Origin: a virus
Taxonomy: Duplodnaviria; Caudoviricetes
Length of the DNA stretch: 57,168 nucleotides
Strand: one strand, 5' to 3'
IMG/VR virus record: IMGVR_UViG_3300026026_000119
Coordinates: 1-57,168 of that record
A model generated the notes under the pieces. It was given only the letters and a program-made list of their open reading frames with translations, was not told where the DNA came from and searched no databases. Both the position numbers and the translations under genes were made by a program. Below, in pieces: positions 25,804 through 34,827 of the stretch (position 1 is the stretch's first letter; each line of letters opens with the position of its first letter).

Positions 25804-28788
25804 CTATACAAGCCGCTCAAATACATATTCGCTTGTGCCTTTGTACACGCGCCCGAAACTTATCAGCGCGAGCATGGTCAAATCGCCTCCGATAGAAACG
25901 GTGTTCCACTCGGCCACGGTGTTTCCGATCGGCCGCTGCTCGGTCCACGTCTCTCCTCGGTCGTGGCTTATCCAGAGCCTTCCGGACGTCTCGCCGATAA
26001 AAATCGTTTGGTTGTCGGGACCGACTGCGGGATTGGTCCAGTCACCTGTCGTCGATTCCGGAGGCGTAATCACGCTCCAAGTCGAGCCGCCGTTGACAGA
26101 CAGATAGACTTGTCCCGCGTCTTCGGCCGCAACGACCGTCTGATTGTCAGGACCTATCGCCACTCCGTTCCAGAAGCCATCGACATTGCCCTTGGGCTGA
26201 AGCTCGGTATAAGTGCTCCACGCGTTTTCCGTTTTGAAGATTCGCCAGTTACCGTAACAGATAACCATGTGGAGACTATCGGAGCCGATACCTATACTTT
26301 CGATATTGAGCGTAGTAGGCGGCACCGGTCCGCTAACCACTGTCCAATCGACCCCGCGATTGAGACTAATGAGCATTTGTCCCGTGGTATTAAAGCTCAG
26401 ATCGAAAGCGGCCATTGTCGTACTATCATTGCCCACCGCTACGGTAAATATATTGTCGTAGCCAATCGCGGTTGTGATATCGGTCCACGTAGCTCCGCCG
26501 TCCAAAGATATCCAGATAAGATAGTGCCCAGCCGAAATATTGTACTCGGCAATCAGCATCGCCTTGCCATCGCCGCCCACCCCGCTGGTGCGCCAGTAAT
26601 GAAAGCCGTGCTCGTAAGGATCGGCTTCGATCCACGTTACTAGCCACGAGAAAAGCTCGGTAATGCGGTAGTAGTCAAGGATGGCCGCCACTCCTACAGG
26701 CCGTACGTTTTGAAGCTGTAAACACAAAGACGCGTAAATCGGGCCTCTCATATAATCGTATCCGTCGTATGCTCCCAGCGACACGAGCGGATAATCCGGG
26801 TCGCTCTGATAGTATTTCACGGGGCTATCGTAAGCGGGCGCGCCTCGCCAGCCGTAGCCGACCTTGGGACCTAATGCCGGACGAAAATCGGTTGGCGTAT
26901 CACCCGGATCGTCGTAAGCAAAGCCGAAATCAAGTAGCGTCAAATCCATATGCACGACAACGATAAACGCGCCGCGCTTTTCTACTTCGTCAAGCCAGCG
27001 GTTTCTAAACGGAGACGGTTCGCGCGGGTCGTCGTAGACAAAAGTGGTATCGTCGTAGTCGGGACTGGTCGGAGGCGTCGTTTGATACGTAGCGGTGCCG
27101 GGATTGGGGCTCGGAGCGTCCCAGCACGTTTGGTAATCAAGTTGCCACGTTTCGATGATTTCATACGGTAAGCCGTATTGAGAAAGAAGCCTTGCGCATA
27201 GCCTTTCGACCGCTCCCGGAGAGACGGTATCGGGCAAGGTGCGGATTCTAAGCCGATATGCGTCATCGCTTTCGCCCGTGATTCTTTTCACGTTACGCTC
27301 GTCGCCGACAACGTCTAAGCACGCCGCGCGCCCTCCGGAGGTATCGGATGGTTGCGATACGGTCAAAAGCTCATCGGTGTACGGCGCTACCACTTCTACA
27401 ATCGAGCCGAGCGAGTAGCGCCAAATGGTATCGTTGTCCCAATACAGCCACCAGAGTTGACCGTTTATATTGAATAAATCGGCAGCTCCGTTTCCCACCG
27501 AGACCGTTTCGGGCGTACCTCCGGTTTTGGCTACTCGGTAGACCGAATCGCTATCACCCCAGTAAACGTAATCTCCAAGCACCGCCACTTCTAATGGCCA
27601 GTAAAGCCCCGTGGCAAGTGGCACAACGGCGCCCCCGGCTAAAGGCACGGCGTTGACGGTACCAAGGTACGAGCCGGAAAACGTAAACCAAGAGTAATAG
27701 ACGTTATCCAAATCAAAATCTAAGAATGCGAAATAATCAGCGCCCGTTGCAAGGGTTGTAAACGTGCCCCCAGAACTATCGACCGAGAACAGTCCGCTTG
27801 TCGAGCCGTAGTCCTGAGTCCAATAAACTCGTCCGAGCCAGTAGCGCATGTAATAGACTTCGCCATCGGAAGACGTATCGTAAAGCGGGGTGACCGAACC
27901 GCCCGATTTGGATACCTTACCAAGGTGGTACGTATTGTACACAAGGTACAAATCGGTGCTCGCTCCGGCTAGGTCAATGTAGTTTACCCGTGTAAGACCG
28001 GAAGCAAGTGTGTCGACCGAGCCGCCGGCGACAGGGGTGCGTTTGACGTACCCGTCGCTTGTGCCCCAGTAGACGTACGTACCATCGGTCTTCATGTCAT
28101 TGATTTGCGCCGAAGCCTCCGTTGCGATTAGCTCGATAGTGCCTCCTGAGATAAGCCTGCGACTAATGGTGTAAGGGTCGCCGTATTGCCCTCGTACCCA
28201 GTAGACGTACTCTCCGGAGGCGTCTACGCTCCACATGTCAAAAGAGCCTTGCGTAGGAATGATATTGACGGTACCGCCAGGAGAGACGACCGATGCGTTA
28301 CCGAGATCGAGCCATTCGATCGTATCGATATTGCCTTCTATCACCTCGCCGTTCTGGCGCGTCCACGCGCCTTTGACGTTCCACTCGTATCCGTATGCAA
28401 TAGCCTCGACCGCTACGTCATGAGGGCCAAGGTCAGTGGCGCCGAAGCTGACATCTTCTTTGGTTACAAAGCGTCTACCGCCGATGCTGGTTTTGACGAT
28501 AGTGCCCGCTTTTATGGTATAGGCGCCTGCGGTGGCAACTGTTCGAGAAAATCTAACAGTTCCCGTCGCCTTGCTACCCCCTTCGGCATAGACAGCGTAC
28601 GAGCCTTTTTCAAACCGATTGATCGCCAGAGACGCTCGGGCTCCCACTTGCGCAATGGCTTTGATTATCTCGTAGCCCGAGCTGTTGTTGAGCTTCCACT
28701 CGGCGATATGCTCGCCCAATAGCCGATCGAGAAGGGCGAGAAAGTGCGCCTCGTCAAACGGTAGCTGGTCGAAGTCTAAGGCGGCCAT
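25804..28788 (-). CDS. Baseplate wedge protein with inserted beta-propeller and C-terminal Asp-box propeller
   Basis: Start re-assigned to 28788 (MAALDF). J-like ATGTVRF...IKAGTIV; YVYW blade repeats; GESDDAYRLRI; SxDxGxTW repeats. Confidence 0.75.
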   Translation of the reverse strand: MAALDFDQLPFDEAHFLALLDRLLGEHIAEWKLNNSSGYEIIKAIAQVGARASLAINRFEKGSYAVYAEGGSKATGTVRFSRTVATAGAYTIKAGTIVKTSIGGRRFVTKEDVSFGATDLGPHDVAVEAIAYGYEWNVKGAWTRQNGEVIEGNIDTIEWLDLGNASVVSPGGTVNIIPTQGSFDMWSVDASGEYVYWVRGQYGDPYTISRRLISGGTIELIATEASAQINDMKTDGTYVYWGTSDGYVKRTPVAGGSVDTLASGLTRVNYIDLAGASTDLYLVYNTYHLGKVSKSGGSVTPLYDTSSDGEVYYMRYWLGRVYWTQDYGSTSGLFSVDSSGGTFTTLATGADYFAFLDFDLDNVYYSWFTFSGSYLGTVNAVPLAGGAVVPLATGLYWPLEVAVLGDYVYWGDSDSVYRVAKTGGTPETVSVGNGAADLFNINGQLWWLYWDNDTIWRYSLGSIVEVVAPYTDELLTVSQPSDTSGGRAACLDVVGDERNVKRITGESDDAYRLRIRTLPDTVSPGAVERLCARLLSQYGLPYEIIETWQLDYQTCWDAPSPNPGTATYQTTPPTSPDYDDTTFVYDDPREPSPFRNRWLDEVEKRGAFIVVVHMDLTLLDFGFAYDDPGDTPTDFRPALGPKVGYGWRGAPAYDSPVKYYQSDPDYPLVSLGAYDGYDYMRGPIYASLCLQLQNVRPVGVAAILDYYRITELFSWLVTWIEADPYEHGFHYWRTSGVGGDGKAMLIAEYNISAGHYLIWISLDGGATWTDITTAIGYDNIFTVAVGNDSTTMAAFDLSFNTTGQMLISLNRGVDWTVVSGPVPPTTLNIESIGIGSDSLHMVICYGNWRIFKTENAWSTYTELQPKGNVDGFWNGVAIGPDNQTVVAAEDAGQVYLSVNGGSTWSVITPPESTTGDWTNPAVGPDNQTIFIGETSGRLWISHDRGETWTEQRPIGNTVAEWNTVSIGGDLTMLALISFGRVYKGTSEYVFERLV

Positions 28789-28792
28789 GGCT

Positions 28793-29992
28793 TTACACCG
28801 CGTCCGGGTTCGACGTGCCGGCAAGCGCCATGTCGGGTTGAACGGTGGATGCCCTGACAAGCCCGAGCGTGGTTCTGAGCACTTCGAGCGCTGTTGGCAC
28901 TACATCGCCTGCGGGGCTAAGTACCTCGTCACCCGAAACGATGAGGTTACGAACGTCTCTGAGCGCGTTGACGATTATCGTTGAGGTAAGAGTTTCGCCG
29001 GGATTGAGCGAGTTGACGGCGTTCACCACCGCTACTCGCGCCATATAGGCGACCAGATCGGCGTTAGCGCCGGCGGCGAAAGAAAGCGCTAGAACCACCG
29101 GCTGCATGATGACCTTGGCGACCATAACGTCGATATACACTCCGATAGGGCGAGTATCATAAAGGCTTGCGAAAACCGCCTGTGCAAGCACTTGGCTTTG
29201 AGTGGCGTACGTCGGTGGTACCGCGTCGAGGGTCGCGAGCTTGTCGGTGTACTGGTCGGTGATAATGAGTTGAGCGAGCTTTGCCGGTCTTCCCATATCG
29301 TCTAAGACCTCAAGGCCGCGAGCTCGGGTTACTCCCGGATATCTGAGCGCCTGCTCTTGGATCGCGGGCGAGGTACCGCGCCGCACGGTTGAGAAAAACA
29401 GCCTCGCTCGGTCGATATACGCTTCGTCCGATTCCTCGTCGACCGCTCCTGCGGTAGCCAGGGGGTTGTTGACCGCAAGGTCATCGGGAGCGCTTGGGAT
29501 AGTATCGACGATACTGGTAATGGTACCGACGGTGGCCGCTTGGCTGACTCCGGCGGCAGTGGACTGCACTTGCACCGTTACCGGTCCGACAGAGCCCGAC
29601 GGGAACGTTGCAGCCACGATGGTATAAAACACGATGCCATCGGGAGTTGTAAGCTTTGTGTTTTTGGGTATTGCGAAAGAGCCCGCCGTCGGATTAGTTG
29701 TAGTAAACACAACCGAGCCTTGAGCGGGTGAGGCTGCGTTTCTCAAAAGCCCGTATCTATCGTAGATAAGCTTATCGAGAGCTCGCCGTCGAGAGGTACC
29801 GAGAGTCAACGCGGAGCACACTCGGGCAAGCTGGCCGACGACCTCGTCGCCAACGGCCGAATCGGCCGCTGCGATTACGTTAGCGTCCGAGCCGTCGCGC
29901 TCAATCATCTCGCGACTTATCTTGTCGTTGTAAGCGAGCATTGCGTCACGGGCAATTTCAAAAAAATCGCTATAGGTCGGGAAATCTGACAT
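28793..29992 (-). CDS. Baseplate J-like protein
   Basis: ASPAQGSVVF...IPKNT...V.NPLATAGAVDEESDEAYIDR...RGT..AI...PGV. Confidence 0.88.
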   Translation of the reverse strand: MSDFPTYSDFFEIARDAMLAYNDKISREMIERDGSDANVIAAADSAVGDEVVGQLARVCSALTLGTSRRRALDKLIYDRYGLLRNAASPAQGSVVFTTTNPTAGSFAIPKNTKLTTPDGIVFYTIVAATFPSGSVGPVTVQVQSTAAGVSQAATVGTITSIVDTIPSAPDDLAVNNPLATAGAVDEESDEAYIDRARLFFSTVRRGTSPAIQEQALRYPGVTRARGLEVLDDMGRPAKLAQLIITDQYTDKLATLDAVPPTYATQSQVLAQAVFASLYDTRPIGVYIDVMVAKVIMQPVVLALSFAAGANADLVAYMARVAVVNAVNSLNPGETLTSTIIVNALRDVRNLIVSGDEVLSPAGDVVPTALEVLRTTLGLVRASTVQPDMALAGTSNPDAV

Positions 29993-30003
29993 TGTCCGCT
30001 CTC

Positions 30004-30816
30004 CTAATGCTTGGCCTCAATCGCCATCGATACGTTTTGGTTATCTACCAGCTTTACCCGCACTTCAATCACAAGATGCCCATCGGAAAATAGCTGTAGC
30101 CGAGTACTGACGTCTTGAAACCTCTGCTCTTTGAGCAGCTCTCTTTGTATTTGCGCTCGAAGCGCAACCAAGTCGTTTGAAAAAATCGGCTCGTTGACTC
30201 GAAGGCCGATCCCGAAATCGGGTAGATGAAAGTATCCTCCCGGCAGTGTTGATAGCCTTCGGATAATCATCTTTTGCCAGAAGTCGTTTCCCCCTTGTAA
30301 CCGATAATCGCCCGTCGATTGTACCGATAGCGTATTGGCGGGACGAGTGGTGTCGAATGCGAAGCTTTCGAAATCATACGGGCCGGAGTTAGCCTGAGCT
30401 TGAGGAGCGGCAAGGCAGCCGGGTAGTACCACGCTCTCGGAGCGGTCCGTTGAGCCATCGTCGCCGAGCACAGTAGCGTAAACGGTGTGCTCGATTAGAA
30501 ACGAGTTGAGCTTTGGCAGTAGATAGATAATGTAAGTATTTTCGACCACTACCCCGTCAACCGATTTTGCCGTGACCGCAAGGATAGGTAGCGAGCCAAG
30601 CGTCGAGCTCACTACCGACCAGCTCGCCGGGTTGAGAGCGTCATGGTAACCGATTTGCGAGACGGCCAGAATATCGTTATCGAACGTGACCTCTATTTCG
30701 CGCTCGCTCACGATTCGGCAATACATGCTCGGGCCGACCGGAGGAGGCGGCTCGGGCTCGGGCTCGCCCCCAAGGCCGTAAGGCGACAGGCCGTACTCGG
30801 TTAGTCCCCAAGACAT
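30004..30816 (-). CDS. Baseplate gp25/gpW-like protein with N-terminal extension
   Basis: C-terminal IIRRLST.PG...HLPDFGIGL...IQREL; precedes J. Confidence 0.7.
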   Translation of the reverse strand: MSWGLTEYGLSPYGLGGEPEPEPPPPVGPSMYCRIVSEREIEVTFDNDILAVSQIGYHDALNPASWSVVSSTLGSLPILAVTAKSVDGVVVENTYIIYLLPKLNSFLIEHTVYATVLGDDGSTDRSESVVLPGCLAAPQAQANSGPYDFESFAFDTTRPANTLSVQSTGDYRLQGGNDFWQKMIIRRLSTLPGGYFHLPDFGIGLRVNEPIFSNDLVALRAQIQRELLKEQRFQDVSTRLQLFSDGHLVIEVRVKLVDNQNVSMAIEAKH

Positions 30817-31077
30817 TTAAGAAACGCTCCCCGGCGCTGCAATCGCGGTTCCCGTTCCTGGTCCAGAGGCCGCAGTTCCCGCCATTACCAGCGAGACGCT
30901 GGTAACCGTTACGATAGAGTCTACTTGCGCGAAGGTCGTAATGTGTTCGACTATCGCGTTACCTATGCCCTTCCAAATAGCTTGTCGTTGCGCATCTCCC
31001 GCGGTTGGCGTTGCAGCTACCGCGTCATCAAGCGCCTTCAGTAGTGCCGCTCCTAAAGTATCTCCGTTCATTGCCAT
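30817..31077 (-). CDS. Small baseplate/spike-associated protein
   Basis: Located between spike and gp25-like gene; GNAIVEHI...GPGTGT. Confidence 0.6.
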   Translation of the reverse strand: MAMNGDTLGAALLKALDDAVAATPTAGDAQRQAIWKGIGNAIVEHITTFAQVDSIVTVTSVSLVMAGTAASGPGTGTAIAAPGSVS

Positions 31078-31084
31078 ATCAGCC

Positions 31085-31687
31085 TCACTTTTTCACAAAC
31101 ACCGTGCTGCTCGCTTGACCAAGTGCGAAATACGGCGTGCCGGTAAACGGGTCTATCGCTTCGCCATTGAGCGCGCCGTCAGCTCCCGGAGGGATGGCGG
31201 GCAGCTCGTCGCTGTGTCCGATACGCACCGTCGAGCCGCTCTCGGCGTAGATTTGAACGGTAGCTCCCTCGCTCACTACCAGCTTGATATTGCTCCCGGC
31301 CTTGGCGCGAATGACGCGGTTACTGCCTTCGAAATCGGCGTGTGGCGGGTCGGCTTTGTTGTGCGCTCGACAGATAATAATCGGTCCCTGAGCCGGGTCG
31401 CCCATCGGAACGGCCATCAGCACCACGTCATCGACTTCTAACGGGCAGTGGTCGCCAAACTGTGCCCCCGCGTATGGAGTACCGAGTAGACAAGTCTCGG
31501 CGGTTCCATCGGGTATCATAGCGACATCGACGAAGTTGCCGTGTTCGGCGTCAAACCCGATCTCTTTGACTATCGCAAGCGAGAGCCAAACGCGCGTATC
31601 GACTCCGGGCCTCGAAGCGATAGCCGAAAGCGCAGACGAATCAACGCTCTTTCTGGCCATCACATTGCCTCTTGGCATCGCTTTCAT
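31085..31687 (-). CDS. Baseplate spike/assembly V-like protein
   Basis: YAG..FG...PLEVDDVVLMAVP.GDP..G OB-fold pattern; start may be 31660. Confidence 0.7.
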   Translation of the reverse strand: MKAMPRGNVMARKSVDSSALSAIASRPGVDTRVWLSLAIVKEIGFDAEHGNFVDVAMIPDGTAETCLLGTPYAGAQFGDHCPLEVDDVVLMAVPMGDPAQGPIIICRAHNKADPPHADFEGSNRVIRAKAGSNIKLVVSEGATVQIYAESGSTVRIGHSDELPAIPPGADGALNGEAIDPFTGTPYFALGQASSTVFVKK

Positions 31688-33492
31688 TACAAGCCCTCCA
31701 TCTCTTCAAGGGTAAAGACCATATCGGGCGCAGTAGCGGCAAGCTTACTGAGAGACTTTACGCCTTTACTCTTGGTAGACTTCTTGCCGACCTTGGGGCC
31801 GACGTCCGCCCGTGCCTCGATAAAGTTCTGGAAGTCAAAGCTGACCTTGACCCCGTCGGTAACGCTCCAAGCAAACGACACATGGCTCACGCGAAAGAAG
31901 CGCTGAAGCTCGGCGACCTGGCCCCGAGCGGTAGCAACGATTACCCGCGCGAGGTTCTTGTCCCCGAGCGTAGCGGTCATGGTGGTTACCATCTGATCGA
32001 AGCTCACAGACGCAAAATCGACAACCGAAGAAGAAAGAGGCGGTATGGACCGAATGCCTTTTCGGCTTACGTCAAACTCGATGCCATCGCCGGGTTTGAG
32101 TTTCAACAAATCGGCGTCTAGGTTATCGCCGCCAAAGCTTGCGAGGTTATGCGTAGTACACGTTCCCCCGAGCTCGCAGCGGCCGATCTCTTCGTATAGG
32201 CCACGAGCGATTTGCTCAAGCTGAGTTTTGTCCGAAATGCCCGCTACCGATATGGTCACTGCCTCGGACTCGGCGTCCTTGGCGTTAGGCGCCGTCTTTG
32301 TAACCCGAGCTTTCTTCTCTTCTGGTTTCGGCCATACGCCCACGATAAAGCGCTCTTTGCCTTTTTTATCGGGGTTATCTCCGACCGCTCTTACTATCTT
32401 GGGCCTTTGAGCGCCAGCGAACTTCCTATCGAAACTCACGCTCTCGATATCGTGGCCGTACACAAGGCGCCTAACCGCCAGCGGACCTCCTGGAATTTGG
32501 TCTTGCGAGGGCGCGATAACCGAGCGTTTATTGCCCTTGGCAAACGGGGTCGGATCGTCTTTGCCGCCCGAGTCTAACTGTCGATAGATGCCCTTGACCG
32601 GACGGATGTAGAGCTTTTTGCCACGAAAATACGGAATGGCGCCGCACACGTAGCTAAACTGCACGATCATATCCCAAAAGCTAAACTTGCCCGTTCCAGC
32701 TCCCTTGGGATTGGCGATAGCCGATTTCTTGTCACCCTTGGCCCCTTTTCTATGGCGAGCAGACGCAGACGCCTTTCCAGGAGCGGGGACCCCCTTGGGC
32801 CATTCGCTCGGGTCCGGAGGTGCGATTTCGATCTTGCTCCACATCTTGGCAAACGAAAGCAAATCCCGTACTACGTCGTGTAAAGGCTTGCTCTGGTCGA
32901 TTTGCTCTAAGACCGAAGCCTGCATATTGGGTTCATGATCGAGCGGTACGTCCAATAGTAGCCCGCGCAAGTCTCTTCCCGAAATAGTCACCTCGCTTCC
33001 CGAGTCGTTGTGCACCACTTCCCACTCGTCCACCGTTCCGATCATCAAAAGCGCATCGTCATTGGGAGCGCCCGAAGAAAGCCGCGACTTTAGTACCGAT
33101 TGCCGGTGCCCCTCGGGCCGAGTCATTCCGTCGGCAAAATCTCCTGCTTTGATGGTATCGAGGTAAACCGAAATGGAGGCCGCTCGTACGGTACGAGGGT
33201 CTATCGGTAGCTCCATGAAATCGAAGGTAAAGCGAAACTGAGAAGCTTGGCGGTATCCTTGAAGCTCGACCGAGCCGCTTTTAGGCACTCGGGCGGCGAC
33301 AAAGCTATAGTCCTCGTTACCCTGCTGCATTATCAAAGGAGCGCTTGCAGTAAGCGCCGAAGCCAACCCCTCGGGCGATATATCTACCGTAGCACTCGAT
33401 ATATCCTGGACCTCGGGGTCGGGGATGATATGGAGCGATTCGTCAAACATAATGGTGAACTCCACCACCATGCTAGGGTAGAAGACTTGCAC
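31687..33492 (-). CDS. Baseplate hub protein (gp44/gpD-like)
   Basis: GTVDEW...VTISGRDLRGLLLD; position before spike. Confidence 0.75.
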   Translation of the reverse strand: MQVFYPSMVVEFTIMFDESLHIIPDPEVQDISSATVDISPEGLASALTASAPLIMQQGNEDYSFVAARVPKSGSVELQGYRQASQFRFTFDFMELPIDPRTVRAASISVYLDTIKAGDFADGMTRPEGHRQSVLKSRLSSGAPNDDALLMIGTVDEWEVVHNDSGSEVTISGRDLRGLLLDVPLDHEPNMQASVLEQIDQSKPLHDVVRDLLSFAKMWSKIEIAPPDPSEWPKGVPAPGKASASARHRKGAKGDKKSAIANPKGAGTGKFSFWDMIVQFSYVCGAIPYFRGKKLYIRPVKGIYRQLDSGGKDDPTPFAKGNKRSVIAPSQDQIPGGPLAVRRLVYGHDIESVSFDRKFAGAQRPKIVRAVGDNPDKKGKERFIVGVWPKPEEKKARVTKTAPNAKDAESEAVTISVAGISDKTQLEQIARGLYEEIGRCELGGTCTTHNLASFGGDNLDADLLKLKPGDGIEFDVSRKGIRSIPPLSSSVVDFASVSFDQMVTTMTATLGDKNLARVIVATARGQVAELQRFFRVSHVSFAWSVTDGVKVSFDFQNFIEARADVGPKVGKKSTKSKGVKSLSKLAATAPDMVFTLEEMEGL

Positions 33493-34822
33493 AAAAACCT
33501 TCCGCGCTATCTTTGGGTATCATTATCACTTGGCCAGCGACCATGAACGGGTCGCTCAGGCCGTTGAACATCATGATACGTTTCCACTCATTGGCATCGC
33601 CTGTAAACCTCACCGCGATGTCTCTTAGGTGCTCGCCCTGCTTGGCTTCGTAAATCGCGCGCAAATCGCTTTGAATGGAAGCGAGCATTTCCGCTCGTCT
33701 CATCGCCGCGATTGAGGCGATTTTGCGAGAGGCGCGTTTGACTTGGTGAGCCACTTGCGCGCGCCCGATTACGTCCACCGCCGAGGTCTTGGCCGCGCCG
33801 TCCGCGGGAGTAACGTTATTGCCAGAGCCGGTCTGAGTGAGCGCTTGGCTGCGCGTAGTAGTAGCGCCAAAGCTATCGGAGCGTTGCCCGTTGCGGTGCT
33901 GCTCCGCAAACGGTTGGAGCTCGAAACTGTGTCCGATAGCCTTGGCTTGGGCTACTACCGAATAGAGAGTGGAAGCTATACGACGAGTTGCCGACGATGG
34001 CAAGTTGACAAGTTTGTTGACGCTAGTGACCGCGTTTTGCATTTGCTCAACGAGCGCCAAGAGCGCCTGCATTTGACTGACCACTAGGTCGTCGAGTTCA
34101 TCGGCGATGGCTCCGACCTCGTCTACGATAGCGGCAAGGTCGGCCACCGCTCCTCGGATTTCGTCAATGGTACTGGCGGTTGGCTTGGGAAGCTTTTCGA
34201 CTTTCGGCTTTTCCCCGCGACTAATCCAAGTAAAGCTCATTTCCCATTCGCAGTCGTGGGCGTTATGCCATTTGGGCGACCACTTTTCTAAAAACCCTTG
34301 CCGCCGCTGCGCGTCCCACGTCACTTGCAAGAGCTGGCCCTCGCGCGTGATTGAATCAAATAGCTCGATTGCGTCTCGTACCGATTCGACCGGCTTTTTG
34401 TTTTTAGTGATTGGCGCCTTGAACTCCGCGTCCTCGCCAAAGCCGCCCGACAGAGATCCGCTCACGGCTACAAGCGCGTTTCTCGCTCCTTTGATGGCCT
34501 GAGATATTCCGCCGGCGGCCCCGCCCCCGTCGGGCTTGGCTATGAATCTGTCCTTCCAATATCCATTGATAACCGACGGCTCTTCCTTGGCGCCGAGGAT
34601 GGTAGCTGTAGCTTCGGCGTATCCGGGAAGCCACGTAGTAGATATGCGCTGTGAGACTCCGAGCTCAAACGGCCGATAGGGCATGCCGCGGCCTGAAAGA
34701 GAGACGACGCGCTTTTGTCCCGACAGCTCTTCGATAACGAACGCGCCTCCAGTATCGGACGGAGTGCTTCCCGTTCCTGCTAAAAGTCCTATCGCTCCTT
34801 CTACTAGTCCGCCAAAACCCAT
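33473..34822 (-). CDS. Tail tube initiator-like protein with C-terminal LysM domain
   Basis: YEAKQGEHLRDIAVRF.G....WKRI...NGL....AGQVIMIP. Confidence 0.75.
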   Translation of the reverse strand: MGFGGLVEGAIGLLAGTGSTPSDTGGAFVIEELSGQKRVVSLSGRGMPYRPFELGVSQRISTTWLPGYAEATATILGAKEEPSVINGYWKDRFIAKPDGGGAAGGISQAIKGARNALVAVSGSLSGGFGEDAEFKAPITKNKKPVESVRDAIELFDSITREGQLLQVTWDAQRRQGFLEKWSPKWHNAHDCEWEMSFTWISRGEKPKVEKLPKPTASTIDEIRGAVADLAAIVDEVGAIADELDDLVVSQMQALLALVEQMQNAVTSVNKLVNLPSSATRRIASTLYSVVAQAKAIGHSFELQPFAEQHRNGQRSDSFGATTTRSQALTQTGSGNNVTPADGAAKTSAVDVIGRAQVAHQVKRASRKIASIAAMRRAEMLASIQSDLRAIYEAKQGEHLRDIAVRFTGDANEWKRIMMFNGLSDPFMVAGQVIMIPKDSAEGFCASLLP

Positions 34823-34827
34823 AGCGA

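Noticed and set aside
25705-26643. 312-aa + strand ORF opposite the baseplate protein C-terminus
   Set aside because: Antisense shadow; the Asp-box repeats establish the - strand frame.
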